From Octopus vulgaris (lineage: Eukaryota), in the NCBI GenBank assembly GCA_951406725.2, contig OX597824.1, forward strand, positions 20,956,001 through 21,020,000: a DNA stretch of 64,000 nucleotides. The letters are read 5' to 3'. Below are positions 1 to 13,718 of the stretch, in pieces. Made by a program: the position numbers and the translations under genes. Under the pieces are notes generated by a model that saw nothing but the letters and a program-made list of their open reading frames with translations, was not told the origin of the DNA and made no database searches. Each line of letters starts with the position of its first letter. The stretch's first letter is position 1.

Positions 1-409
1 CCTGTAAATTATTAAGTGATCCAGATAAGAATCATTTAATAATCTATCGGCTGTAACAAACAACCTGAAGAAAGTCTGTTAGTGTTGTGTAAGCTCAAAG
101 ATCAGCTCCTTGTAAAATAAGAATGGATTAAATTAAAGAATTTTCTTCTTCTTTGTACTAAGCTAGAAAATCATACCCCCCCCCCCCACTTCAGAAGAAC
201 TAAAACTGAAGAGCTGAGAAGAAAAATTCTAATAATTTAATTTATTATTATTTTTTCTTTTAAGAGCCCGTCTAATCTATAATGGCAAAAGTCTGCATAG
301 GAAGAGGTATGTTGTTGACAGGAACTTTCATTTCATGCCAAGATGCAGTAAATAAAATGTTTTTTTAGTAATTTAAATTATAGACACTGAACTGCAAACC
401 TATCATTAC

Positions 410-517
410 TTTTTCTTTTGAGATGCATCTTTCACCAAATGTTTAGCATCACTATGTATATCTTCGTCGTCAGATTCCTCTCCAAAAGGATTGAGACTTT
501 CATCGTAGCTCTCTTGC
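410..517 (-). CDS. PACSIN: PACSIN linker exon with NPF (QESYDESLNPFGEESDDEDIHSDAKHLVKDASQKK)
   Basis: Acceptor ccttttatag|G CAA and donor AA|gtaatg. 108 nt, phase 2-2. NPF plus an acidic run is typical of PACSIN linkers. Confidence 0.8.
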
Positions 518-2496
518 CTATAAAAGGTATAGGAGCTATAAGACTGTTCAAATTCAATGAAGTCGAGAGCTAAAAGTATTGTGTTTTTAATTTTTGGCGG
601 GAAGGGAATGTGGAGCCAAAGTAAAATTGAACAAACACACACGCATACACGTACACACGACACGCACACACACCATTCCATGCATTTTAAGATAAATTAT
701 TAGATTTTTTTAAAAAAACAAGAATTTTTTTTTTTTTAAAGTGGATGTTAAGTTTCTTTGAGAGGATTATTTTCTGATAGGTATGGGCAATATAGATGAG
801 AGAATTAATAAAACAAAAAACAACAAACGTGAAAAAAGAAAAAGGCAAGAAAATAGCGCCTTGTGTGTTTGAAAAAAAGCTCACCAAAATTTCAATTCGT
901 TTACAGAATCAATAGTTATTAAACAAATAAATAGATATTAGATTGCTTTTGCAAGAAGAAACACACATAAACACACACAAGAAAATACAATAATAAAATT
1001 GGGAGAAAAAGAGAAATCAATAAACAATATCAAATACATGTGTTGTTTATCAAATTCATACAAATAAATAGAAACAATTTAGTATGATGTATTTGTTGGG
1101 ACCTGAAATATATTTTGTATGAGAGCTGAAAATAAAATGAAATTACTTGAAAAAAAAAAAAATAAAAAAACAGGCGAGAGAAACAAAGTCCAATCAGGAT
1201 GCTCAACTGATTAGACAAAATAACAATTTTCCCGATAGATTAAACCATTATTCTCATTTTGTTTTTTCCTTCCTAATACACAAAAATTAGTTGTAAATCA
1301 ACGTTTGATCTAAAAACATCTTTGCACTAAAGTTAACTCCCATCCTATACACATACATACAAAAGCAATTTTCTTTTTTTTTTGCTAGACTGCTCATTTA
1401 ATAGTGACTGCAAGAAAAAAAAAAAACCCCAAAAACTCATAAAATGAAGGGTTGGACAAAATCCTAGCTGTTCCCACTTAATGAAAACAATCTTATTGCT
1501 ACCGTAAATCTATATTAAACTAGATTAACCCATCTTGCAGATATTGACAAACTCATCATCTTCAATAACTCTCTTCTAAACCAATAAAATATCAGAGTAT
1601 CAACTGTTAATGAGTCATGAGTTTAAATGTACAACAAACATTTCACCAGAAGCACTGAGTAAATTATTAATTCTTATATTAGTTTATGTAACTTCAGAAT
1701 GGATATCAGCTTCCTCTGGGAAAGTTGCCCATAAAAATTAGTCATAGACTCGTTTGTCTCTCATCTACTTCACACCAGAGAAACTGATAATTGCTCTTAG
1801 TTCAACCCCGCCTCCTCCACCTTTTTTTTTTTTAGTTCATGCATGTAAAATTATAAGTTATAACATGCTCAGAGACCATTGTCTGTTTATACTGTTTTTT
1901 TTTGTTATTTTTTTTCCCTAAGTAGGACAACTTATGAGTACAGCTGAAACTTATTTCTTACCTTTATATTGGAATGGTAGGGAGGGATAAAATTTTGATT
2001 GAATATTGCTTAAACCTTCTGATATCAAATCACCCGAGAAGCACTCCTGGTACTACAATACAAACTACATTGTTAAAAATGACCCAAAAAGCTTTCATTA
2101 ATATTCCATGTTAATTTTTGTTCCAAACACCAACTTAATAATAATAGCAGTCATTTCACTAAATTCCTTATTATTTTCAAAATGAATTGAAACAAAGACA
2201 GAATATAGCAAGAATCGTGTTAATTTACAGTTCTGAAAAATGGTCAGTATTTCTGCTTTATTAGTTTATGATTAATTCAAGGGTTCTTGTCTTGCGAACG
2301 ACTTGGTGACCTCATGAGTGTCAGTGAAAAAGCACACAGTACATTCTGTAAAATGGTTGGTGCCAGGAATGGCATCTAACCATAGAAGCAATTCCAGAAC
2401 AGACATTAGAGCTCAACAGTCCTCTGACCTGTTGGATCATGCCAAAGCATCTAACCCATACCAGCATGGAATACAGATGCTAAATGACGATGATGA

Positions 2497-2810
2497 GCCG
2501 GTGGCACGTAAAAAGCACCATCCAAACGTGGCCGATGCCAGTGCTGCCATGACTGGCTTCTGTGCCGGTGGCATGTAAAAAGCACCAACCGATCGTGGCC
2601 GCTGCCAGCCTCCCCTGGCACCTGTGCCGGCGGCATGAAAAAAGCAACCACTACACTCACGGAATGGTTGGCATTAGGAAGGGCATCCAGCTGTTATAAA
2701 CACTGCCAGATCAGACTGGAGTCTGGTGCAGCCTCCTGGCTTCCCAGACCCCAGTCGAACTGTCCAACCCATGCTAGCAGGGAGAACGGACGTTAAATGA
2801 TGATGATGAT
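2497..2810 (+). mobile_element. RTE-related retroelement 3' end or SINE with (GAT)n tail (family C)
   Basis: GGTTGGCATTAGGAAGGGCATCCAGC...CCCATGCTAGCA...GATGATGAT. The same family recurs at about 5290-5545(-), 21410-21605(+), 22965-23145(+), 48066-48300(-), 51848-52255(-), 56247-56565(-) and 63820-64000(-). Confidence 0.8.
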
Positions 2811-3462
2811 TCTATGTATAATCTAATTATTCCAGAAATCTTAATCTAACTGCTTACTTTAATCCCAACCATCTTTCATTATGTATGACAATATAAGGAA
2901 AAGCATATCCAACATTTATGCAACATTTTTTTCTTTCTTTCCATTTTTAATTTGCATTCACAAAACCTGTTTCTAAACAATTATCATTGATCACAAATGC
3001 ATCATTCACAAAAGTCTCTATTTTAAGACGGATGGCCTTAATCAGCACAGGACGTTCATGCTTCAGGCCAAGTGTAAAAGGATCTTAAGACATCTTCCAA
3101 AAGAACATTGATTTATACTACAGAAATAAATATCATTCCATCCCTGCTTTTCCAATTTGGCACAGATTAAGGAGATATTTTTAACAACCATTTTCCAATA
3201 TATCCAGTTGCTCATTTAGATCTAGCTCTCAGGTCAACTATAAATATTTCACTTCAAAATTAAACTGCATATTCTTGACCACTATCTTAGATTTTTCATA
3301 TGATGTTACCATCAAGGCAGTATTGATCCATATTGATGAGAATAATTTATTTAAAGGCAGCAGGTAATAAAATAGATAAACAGCTTAGCCATAAATCGAC
3401 TTGTAACTGGTCCTGTTGTGGCAAAATGGAGTTATAGTGTGCGTGCACACACTCACACACAA

Positions 3463-3766
3463 AATGGACTTTACAAAATTTTAATTAAATCTTTAAATTA
3501 TTATATAATAAAAAAAATAATAATAATGAAATTATTGTATACAGTGCTCAGGTGCACCACAACTTGTCAAAAGTGCATATAAAGCATATGCAGTAATGTA
3601 CAAATGTTCGCTTTCCAGACATTTGTACATTACTGCATATGCTTTATATGCACTTTTGACAAGTTGTAGTGCACCTGAGCACTGTATACAATAATTTCAT
3701 TATTATTATTATTATTTTTATTATATAATAATTCAAAGATTTAATTCAAATTTAGTAAAGTTCATT
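3463..3766. repeat. Long inverted repeat or hairpin (about 145-bp arms, 11-nt loop 3608-3618)
   Basis: The arms are directly reverse-complementary. The inner roughly 90 bp has a single mismatch. Confidence 0.95.
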
Positions 3767-4378
3767 ATAGGCAGATATATTTTACCTTTTTGTAGATGGT
3801 GTAAAACATTAAATCGTCTTTGACAGACTGACATACTAAAGGATTTCATTATTAGTTTTTACCGTTTTATACAATATGTTATTGAACACTTTCGATATGT
3901 CCCCTAATTTATATGATACACCCTTTCCATTTTATGTGATCTAAATTAGAACTTCCTGTCCAAACATCAATTTATTTTGCAAACACTAGCTTTGTACCGA
4001 CCACATTATTTAACTAAATTCTTCATTATTTTCGAAACAAATTAAAACAAGGGCAATGTTCCTCTACAGAAATACTAATAACAAAGAGATAACCATATTA
4101 ATTAGAATTTTCTTTAATCAGTTGACATTAAAATTTGAAGAAATCTGTTGAATAGCTATAAATTACTGGCATTTTTTTCCTCATAGAATAGACCTAATAG
4201 GAGAAAAATAAATCAAATTAAACTAAAATTGTTTTAATATTTCAAAGTTGATATCAAATAACCTCAGACATTCATTCAAATGGTCTATTCTAAAGGGAGG
4301 GGCCACTTAGACTCTAACATAAGGGTCCATCCTAGACTGTGATGCTAATGGAGATTTTACAAACTATCAGCTGTTGGT

Positions 4379-5043
4379 CAACTATTATATCTGTCTATCT
4401 AGCTATGAGTTTTCAAATCAAGTGGAATTTAAAATAATAAAGGGGCTTTCAATAATATTGTAATTGAGGGGCTGCATAAAGATATTACATATTCATCCTC
4501 TTAAATACTCTTTTATTTCAGAAATGAAATTAATAAATTGCATATAAATATATTTTGTTGTATGTTGGGTGGGTCATTGTGCCAGTAATGACTCTACTCC
4601 AAGATACAACAAAATCTCTTTCAACACACAAGTTCACATCAAGAATCTTGCAGACCAAATACAAACAAAACATCAACATGGTTAAATAGAAAATTGAGGG
4701 AGAATATGCAAAATAAAATTTGAAACAAACACAAATTGGAAAAAAAAAAATATGTCAGGCAAAAGGTAAAATGCTTTTTCTTCCCCCTCTCTCTTTTTCT
4801 CTTTGTCCCTTTTTTCTCTCTCTCACTTTCTGCCCCTTTCTTTCTCTCTATCCCTTTCTTCTTCTTCTCTCTCTCTCTCTCTCTCACACAGAACTGTTTT
4901 GTCCAACTATTATATCTGTCTATCTAGCTATGAGTTTTCAAATCAAGTGGAATTTAAAATAATAAAGGGGCTTTCAATAATATTGTAATTGAGGGGCTGC
5001 ATAAAGATATTACATATTCATCCTCTTAAATACTCTTTTATTT
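4379..5043. repeat. 140-bp direct duplication (4379-4518 and 4904-5043)
   Basis: Identical sequence caactattatatctgtc...tactcttttattt occurs twice, offset by 525 bp. Confidence 0.95.
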
Positions 5044-5939
5044 GTTTCAGCCAACAGACTGCAACCATGCCAGGGGATCAGTAAACCATGTCAAACCCCG
5101 AAGCTTACTTCAACCAGGTACTTATTTTACTGACCCCGATTTAGTGACTGCCATAAAGGGATGCATCTCGATGCACCATTTTATAAGGATATAGACAAAC
5201 ACAGACACACACTCTCACATAAGATGGGCTTCTACACAGTTTCCACCAACCAGATTTCACTCATAAGTGTATTGGTTAACTCTAGTCTATCATCATCATT
5301 TAGCGTCCGCTTTCCATGCTAGCATGGGTTGGACGGGTCAACTGGGGTCTGTGAAGCTGGAAGGCTTCGTCAGGCCCAGTCAGATCTGGCAGTGTTTCTA
5401 TGGCTGGATGCCCTTCCTAACGCCAACCACTCCGCGAGTGTAGTGGGTGTTTTTTACGTGCCACCTGCACAGGTGCCAGACAGAGCTGGCGAACGGCCAT
5501 GAACGGATGGTGCTTTTACGTGTCACCGGCACGGGGCCAGCAAGGTGCCACGCAGTAGGATTGATACCCCAAACCACATGATCACAAAGTAAACTTCTTA
5601 ACCACATGACTATGCTTGTACCTGTAATTACTATGGCTGAATTATATCTGAATTTACAATAAGTAAATTTCTTCTCTGAAAAAGGAGAATATATTGCATT
5701 GGCGAATAACAATTTCTGATGACCTTTTAACTTGATAAAACATTTTGCTAATATTTCAACATTCACAGATACATAACCATTCACCATATCTAAAGGAATA
5801 AAAAGCATTTTACTTTTTCAGAGTTACAAAATCTTTTTATCAATTTGATTCACAGGAGTTTAAAAAAAGCAAAACTGAATTATAGTAAAAACACTTTGCA
5901 AAAATATTCAATTCACACACACACACACACACAAAACTT

Positions 5940-7136
5940 GTCTAAAAAGAAACCAGACTTTTAAAACCGCAAACCCACCAGTTGGTGGGTGTAGTATGTT
6001 TGTAATTGTAGTGTTGTTGTATGTGGGTGACCTTGACCCTCTATCAAATAATAGTCACGTCTTGCTACGTCATTTAATCATCAATGGACATGTGCTCGAA
6101 CCAATGCCTAGTACATTTGGCAATTTGTTGCAAGATGAACGATGAGAAGTTTGCAAGAAGTACACGTTTCTATGAAATTTTCTGTTTTATATTGGATAAA
6201 AACATTTTTATGGAGACTTTTTCTAATGCTGCATCAGGCCTGAGAGGAGAACGAGCTGTGCACAAATGTCATGAGTAACACCAGGGTTTCAAATTGAGCA
6301 AATAAGACCATCTACTGAAGATGACCCTAAATCTTCCACCAACAGACAATAATCCCATTGTGTGATTCCATGAATATTGTCAATTGACTTTCCATGAATT
6401 TCTGGAAAACTTTAACAGACAACTGTACAAATTTGTGCTAAATGAATTTAAGAGAGTTGGGACTTGTCTAATTGCTTGAATACAGATGGAAACTTTCTGT
6501 AGAGTTTTATAAATGTGACAAAACACAAGAGCTACCAATATCAAAAACAATAGTTGTTGATGTGAATTAGACCAATGTCACTGCAAAAAAAAAAATTAAA
6601 TGAAAGCAAATCAGAGTTGCTCAAATTAGAAAGTGATGTTGATTGTCATTCTTGATTAGGGGTGCATCACTCATCAGGATGTTTCCCCCATTGTCGGGTG
6701 AGTGGGAAAGAATTTTACTTAGATGTCTTGAGACATTTGAGAGACACAGTGACAATGCATTTCCTCAACTGTCACTCTCCTATCTGTGACCGTTTGGCAA
6801 AGCAACAAGATGGTTTTTTAGCATCCCCACCAGCAGCAGGCCCTAATTTCCAGAAATGATTGTGGGATTAAAAAAATTTTTTTGGGGGGAAAGTTGTTAC
6901 ACTTGAAACCCACCCTGAATGATCACTAGTTTCAGATGATAGAAGAGATTAATGAAAATCTGCTTTGAGAAATACAGACTCTCCTGAAAACACATTACAA
7001 AATTAGGGGAGAACCCCCCATCCCCACTGGGAACAGTGTGTTTATAAAGGCAGGGCTATATTGGGGGTGAAAAAAATTGTAAAGCAACAGATTTTAAAAA
7101 ATAAAGTCTGGTTTCTTTTTTTTTGGTAGAGACCTC
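5940..7136 (+). mobile_element. Decayed mariner DNA transposon
   Basis: Terminal inverted aaagaaaccagacttt / aaagtctggtttcttt. Internal remnants translate as KVMLIV..D and GKEFYLDVLRHLR. Confidence 0.7.
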
Positions 7137-10100
7137 AAAGATGTATGTGTCTGTGTACACACACATAATCATAGAGCAAGACAGATTAGAAATTAATTAG
7201 AAATTCCAAAAGATTATTAAAAAAAAAAAAATAAGGATCTGTTAGTAATGTCAATATCATGGAAACTACTTCTGAATTTAAGTATATATATATAAAAAAA
7301 AAAAGCAAACACAACATAACTGAGAATGAAGAATTAAAAGTCTTACAATTCAGAAGTTAGAAATATTTAGATTTATAAAAAAAAAAAAAAAAAATATTGT
7401 TGGGGATAAGCCATTTCAGTTAGATCTTCAAGTAGAAGAAAGAAAGAAGTGTTGAGAATAATGGGATGATAGTTGAGATTAGGTTAACATGAGATTGACC
7501 GTTATTAGGAGATCAATAATCAAAGGGGAAAAAGGTTGAATCATGCTGTAATAAAAGAATATTAAATAGCCCTTCATTGATTAAAAAATACGGTCCCTAT
7601 TTCTTGTAGAATTGGTAGAAATAAGAACTAGTATTCTCCTAGGTTTTGCCCCAGTTCCCACATAATTAACTGTAAGTCCTAAGATGTGTGATGTTAAGGG
7701 TGCTGGTATGTGCAGTGAAGGAAATTACTTCCTGATTATGTAGTACTTTGTAGTACCTAGGGCAAATTTCTTATACCACGGGCTAAGGGTTAACTTAATC
7801 CTTGTAATGGAAACTGCATGGAAGCCTGTACTTATTGCAGAGAGTTAATCTTAATCTGCAGCTTGATTAAACACCACTGTTGGGTCTTTGGATGTCTTTA
7901 GTTCTTTAAAAGATTCCAGTCTATCATAAACATTTGGATCAGATGTCTAATCTGTGGATAATTTTCACACCAATTTTGTCTTCTTTTGACTATGCCATAA
8001 AATTATTAAAATAAAAATCTTTGAGTTATTTTTATCAGGTCTGCTGAAGAAACTTGACTTGCCAGTGCAGCAGTCTTCTTACAATTATTAAAACTGTGAT
8101 ATTTTTTGAGAACATGCCTCTCCCAAGAATTAAGCCTATTCCTAATATATTCCTTTTATTGACCAAATTTGGAACTGAATACAGAACTAGAAATGTAAAT
8201 ATTTTTTCATTGTTTTTTTTCTTCGAAAGTAACAAATATAAATTGGGGAGAGCTGTACAGAAGCTGTTTAATGAGTTAACCTTAAGTTTAAGATGAATTT
8301 AGGTTGTTCTTAGTAAATATATGAACCATTTGGAGATTAATATCTCAATTTGTAAATAATCTCCAATAACGTGTCCAAACGTTTGTATTTGCAAACTCAC
8401 CAAAGACATTCTGTTGTGGAAAAGATATTAGCAGGAAATTTATCTAATGAGAATGACCCCAAAATATTATAAAAGTCTTTGATTTGGTCTATTGAGGTAA
8501 CACAGTAGAAGCCCAAGTTCAAATATAAAAAAGGAAAAAGGTCTACCTTGTTAAATTTAGAAATATGTAAACTCGTTTGTGATTTGAAAAACACAGTTAT
8601 TAATATTCAACTGCAATCAAGTTAGTAGTACATGAAATAAAAAAAAAACACACACAACAAAACAATAAATCTCCCCCCTCCCCATGACAATTGGGTAATA
8701 AGGAAAAATGAGGTGATTATTAATTAAAAACTTAAGCTACACACAAAAATGTGTTTAAACCAACTCAGATGGACAAAGTCTTTGAAGTAACAGCAACAAC
8801 AACAATGAGAAGGTGGCAAGAAAAAAAAAAAAAAGCTTAATTCTTGCTATTTCTAATTTACATCATTTAAATTTGTGGCCAAAAATCCACAAAACAAATA
8901 TTTTTAGGTTTTTGAAATGAAATTTTGAGACACTCAAAAAAACCATTCCAAATGATCAAACTCATTGATATTGTTGCTTTTTACATAATCTTATACATAG
9001 CAGCAATGGTCCCAGAAAGCTTGCGGCTGCGCACTATAATTCATAAAGATATGCTAGATAAGCTGCATGAAAATTTGAATGCCACGCATTAGCTTTGCAT
9101 TTAGAATATTTCTGCTCAAGGCATGAAAAGTTCTGTTAAGTGATTGGGGAAAATTTGAGGGGACACTGCAGAGCAGCCAAATTTTTGCACCCTATCATCT
9201 TTAAAAAATGAAGAATATCTACATTAGTTAGTGTAGTCCTACATATACTATGCCTAAAGAAAAAAAAAAGGTCAAGGTTAGAGGTTTGCTTAACCAGGCC
9301 CAAGCTGGAGCTAAGCAACGACGATATCCTATGGTATTTAAGCTTTCTAATTCTAGATTAGAAATCCAATTTCTCAATTAATAATACACACATAAAACAT
9401 GGTAATAAGTTTTTAGGATACTTTGTATACCAGTTTTTCATATTAATTAACATCTCGCCTGTTTGAACTAACAAAAAAAAAAGTGTTATGTTTTAACCTA
9501 TTCAAACTAAATTTTCTCTCAGGCAAATATCGGAGATAACAAAGACGAGAGCTTTCTTAAGCACTGCCCATGTTTATTTATTCCATAAATTAAGAAGGAA
9601 CTGCAGACAGGAATAAAAATTGTGATCCAAATTTAAAATATTTTCCTTGGCAATGATAAAATTGTATTTGATCACTATACTACTAACAATGAAGTAATCC
9701 CAGGTATTTACTGTATAGCCAAGAAGCTCACTTCACAATTACATGATTTCAGGTTCAATCCCACCGTGCGTCCTATTCTGCAAGTGTCTACAACCATAGG
9801 CTCAGGTCAACCAATGCCTTGCGACTGAAATTAGGCAGCTGGAAAGGAGATGGTCAGTTCATGTTCAGATTTAACAGTACTAGATGGCCCATGGTTGCAA
9901 ATATTTGTGTAGGTCTCCCACTAGGCAGAGAAACCTTTATTAAGAGTCATTTGAGGTACTCTTCCTCTCCTAAGGCATTAAAAATAAAAGAAGTCAACAG
10001 ATAATCTAAGTGGATCACAACTTTTATTCCTGCCTGCGGTCCTTCTTAATTTATGGAATTATATTGTTGGTGAGTTATGATTGGGTTATTATTAGTTATC

Positions 10101-10423
10101 GTATATGAAGTTCTACTTTACAATCAATTAGAGACTAAATGAAATGTTGATAATTTCTTTGGTAAATCTACGAGCTGATTTATTACAAAGCTTAAGAAAT
10201 CATTAGCTGGTTTTTGAGTACTTTGGAAAAAAAAAAAGGAAAGCAGATTAGGGAAATTTAGATAAAGAATAGTTCTGGTTTAGAAGAGTGGGTATAAGAA
10301 AGTTAAGTAGACGTATTATGAATTAAAGATTGTATCTGAAAATTATAAGAGAACGCAGAGATGGGTAAAAGGCAGAATTTACTGGCCGGCATGCAGCAGA
10401 TATATAAGAGAGCGCTATTTTAC

Positions 10424-10654
10424 ATTTTTTGTTTGGTTGCAACAGTGGCATTCTGCTCGATTGCGACAGGGGCATTCTGCTCGATTGCGACAGGGGCATT
10501 CTGCTCGATTGCGACAGGGGCATTCTGCTCAATTGCGACAGGGGCATTCTGCTCGATTGTAACAGTGGCATTCTGTTTCCCTTTGCTATCTGCCGGATCC
10601 TTTTCTGGCACCTCATCAAAAGGATTCTTTTTGTCCTCACGCTGTGGCTCTTCC
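10424..10654 (-). CDS. PACSIN: PACSIN linker exon with NPF and QNAPVAIE repeats (EEPQREDKKNPFDEVPEKDPADSKGKQNATVTIE...TKQK)
   Basis: Acceptor tttttag|G GAA and donor AT|gtaaaa. 231 nt, phase 2-2, in frame with exon 21902-22050. Carries an NPF followed by acidic residues. Confidence 0.75.
10437..10575. repeat. 24-bp coding tandem repeat (about 5.8 units)
   Basis: Unit ttgcgacaggggcattctgctcga is repeated; on the minus strand it encodes QNAPVAIE. Confidence 0.95.
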
Positions 10655-11656
10655 CTAAAAAAATTCCCAAGTAGGAATGATAAACTTGAAACAGCTTACT
10701 GACTTTAAGCATTAAAAGCATAGTATTTAGATAATCCATTGAAAGAGAGGGAATTATTTTACAGTAATTATCCTGGAATATATTATAATCTGAAAATATC
10801 ATTTACAAGTGTAGATTAGTAAATATTCAGGTTATTAAAATTTCGAGAAAAGTAAAAATACATTTTTTTACAATATATTTTTTATAACATCTACTTTGAA
10901 TTGCCTAAATGAAAATTTTGCATTTTTACCCCTAAATATACAAAAATACATTAATTTGTTAAAATTAAAATAGTTTAAAGTTTCCCTACAAAAAATGTTG
11001 AAATGTATAACCCTAAATTTGTCCTATTGTTTTTTTATAAAGGGATAATATTTAAACATGATAACACAGGGTTCTGTAAACACCTAACTGACTGCATTAA
11101 ATGTTGAAAGTTATATACTTTTTAGAAGAATTAGAACTGTAATTTTTGATTTAAAAAAATTTTTTTTTTTTTGGTTTTCCAATTTTCGCTCAATAATTTC
11201 AACCTCTTGGAGGCTACTCTTGTATTCATAGCATCATTATTCAAAAAATCCTTACTGGTAATAGCTTTTCCTGAATTTGTAATTCTAAATAATTTTCTCT
11301 TATCTAATTTAAGTCACGACTTCCTAACTCTTCTACATATAAAGCAGAAAAGGTCCAAGCAATCACAAAGTGAAATCAAAATCTATAAATACTAATGAAT
11401 TGAAAAAAAAAAAAAAAAAAAAAAAAAGAAACAAAAATACAATTTGTAAAATTAAATAGGCTGCAAAATAAAACAATCTTAACGCAATTCTAGAAATTCA
11501 AATGAAACATTACACACAGAAAATTATGCACCAAGAAATACTTAAAAACAGTCATTAAATGTGTGGTTGGCCAGTGTTTTTATGGAAAATAACTGAGATA
11601 ATGTCAACTAAACCATGATCAGATTTTATTAGAGATATTTCCAGGTTTCGCCTATA

Positions 11657-12060
11657 TACTCTTTCTCTTTTACTTGTTTCAGTCATTTGACTGGGGCCAT
11701 GCTGGAGCACCACCTTTAGTTGAGCAAACCGACACCAGGACTTATTCTTTGTAAGCCAAGTACTTATTCTATCGGTCTCTTTTGCCGAACCGCTAAGTGA
11801 CGGGGACGTAAACACACCAGCATCGGATGTCAAGCAATGCTAGGGGGACAAACACAGACACACAAACATACATATATATATATATATACATATATACGAC
11901 AGGCTTCTTTCAGTTTCCGTCTGCCAAATCCACTCACAAGGCATTGGTCAGCCCGGGGCCATAGCAGAAGACACTTGCCCAAGATGCCATGCAGTGGGAC
12001 TGAACCCGGAACCATGTGGTTGGTTAGCAAGCTACTTACCACACAGCCACTCCTGCACCT
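11657..12060 (-). mobile_element. tRNA-derived SINE family A, full length
   Basis: Head AGGAGTGGCTGTGTGGTAAG...GGTTCAGTCCCAC, TTGGGCAAGTG core, internal (TA)/(TG) microsatellite and CTGAAACAAGTAAAAGAG tail. A partial copy follows at about 12295-12595(-). Confidence 0.9.
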
Positions 12061-12639
12061 ATTTTTATTTTCCTAACAAGATGACATAACGTCAGTAAGT
12101 CCACTCGCTGCCTCCTTGCATGTGACAACAATCCTATAGGAAGTGGGTACAAACTCAAACTTTGGCATTTCACAAAAAAGTTATATGAAACACAGACATG
12201 TGAAGATTCCTACAACAGTTGTTGCACTGTGTTTTATAATAGCTTTGCCCCTTGATACACTGGATTCTCAGTCTATCACTCTTTCATACTTAAGCCTAGC
12301 CTGGCACTTATTCTATTGATCTCTTTCGTCGAACTGCTAAGTTACAGGGACGTTAACACACCAGCATTAGTTGCCAAGCGATGTTGGAGGTGGGGGACAA
12401 ACAGAGACACACAAACACACACACACACGCATATAAGGCGGGCTTCTTTCAGTCTCCATCTACGAAATCCACTCTCAAGGCTTTGGTCGGCCCGAGGCTA
12501 TAGCAAAAGACACTTGCCCGAGGTGCCATGCAGTGGGACTGAACCTGGAACCATGTGGTTGGTAAGCAAGCTACTTACCACACAGCCACTCCTGTAAAAA
12601 CTAATGAAGCTCCCTTGTCTTCAGGATATCTAAGTTTAA

Positions 12640-12900
12640 AGGAATGCTGCATAGTCGAATCAGTGCTATTATTATATGGCAGTGAAACATGGACACTGAC
12701 AATGAAGTTATCAAACGGGCTAAATGGATGCACCACAAGGATGCTACAAATGGCCCTAAATGTGAAATGGCAGCAACATATGACAAATGGATGCTTTTAT
12801 GGAGACCTGCTGAAAGTTAGCAAGAAGATCAGGCAAAGACGGCTGCAACCATCTGGTTACTGCATGCATCATCCTGAACTGGAAGCATCCGAGTTAGCAT
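12640..12900 (+). mobile_element. RTE-clade LINE ORF fragment (post-RT C-terminal region)
   Basis: VESVLLLYGSETWTLT...RMLQMALNVKWQQHMTN...IRQRRL is typical of the RTE/RTEX C-terminus. Confidence 0.8.
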
Positions 12901-13600
12901 TTATCTGCCTTGTTATGTCAAATGACCAATGAACAGATGGCAGTCTATATATGGTCATGTGAAAAGAGCCAATGGCAAAAAAAAAAATAATGTTCAAATC
13001 ATCTATGAAACATAATAATGGAAAGCATTGAATATTCTATTTACTACAAGCAAATACAAAAACTGGTTGGTCATAGTTGGAGTGGCTTTGACCATAGGCC
13101 TGCTTGATTAGGAGTGATATCTTATCTGGTTAATTCAACTGTGAAACTACAATTAAATTTCATCCCTTTTTCTAACTTGAGATTATAAAAAAAAAAAAAA
13201 AAAAGCAATCAATTCTGCTAATGAGGTGGCTCAGTAATAGTAAATCAAGAAGCAATTACACAAATATACAATGAGACAATGAGGGAGCTGCCACAACAAC
13301 AACAATAACAACAACTACTCACGTAGACAACTGTTGTTACCTGTTTGGCAGGTGATTTGAAACCGAGTTGAATCTTGTGTGTTTGAATCAGATTGTTCTG
13401 CCAACACAGACTCTTGTGTTGCTTTTACAATAGAACACAAACACACACATTATTCAGCATCAGTGCCTTATTATTCATTTACGATCTGGTCAATGACACA
13501 ACTTTACTGTATGCAGTATGTATACAGTTAAAAAATCTGGCAGTCATCTAATAAATATTACACTTAAGAAAATATATTTATGTGTGTGTGTATGTGTGTT

Positions 13601-13647
<47 letters not shown>

Positions 13648-13718
13648 TATATAAGAATTTTTTGCGTAATGAGATAAAAAAACCAAGGCTGTGTAGATAT
13701 TAGAACATTTATAGATAG

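Noticed and set aside
518-681. 5' part of ORF 406..681 as coding
   Set aside because: It is intronic TG-repeat sequence upstream of the phase-compatible acceptor at 517. The alternative AG at 570/571 gives a stop in the required phase.
885-945. Possible small exon with a TTG|gtgagc donor
   Set aside because: It is 61 nt, frame-shifting, and has a stop in the required phase.
7440-8600. Possible decayed reverse-transcriptase region (also about 43850-44600)
   Set aside because: I could not identify a diagnostic motif by eye; a translated HMM search would be needed.
10323-10802. Alternative-frame and plus-strand ORFs over the 24-bp repeat
   Set aside because: They are open only because the repeat has no stop codons. 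The NPF frame is the one that fits the splice sites and phase.
11837-12076. Recurrent ORFs such as RASFSFRLPNPLTR...GTEPGTMWLVSKLLTTQP
   Set aside because: They are antisense translations of family-A SINE copies, not a protein family.
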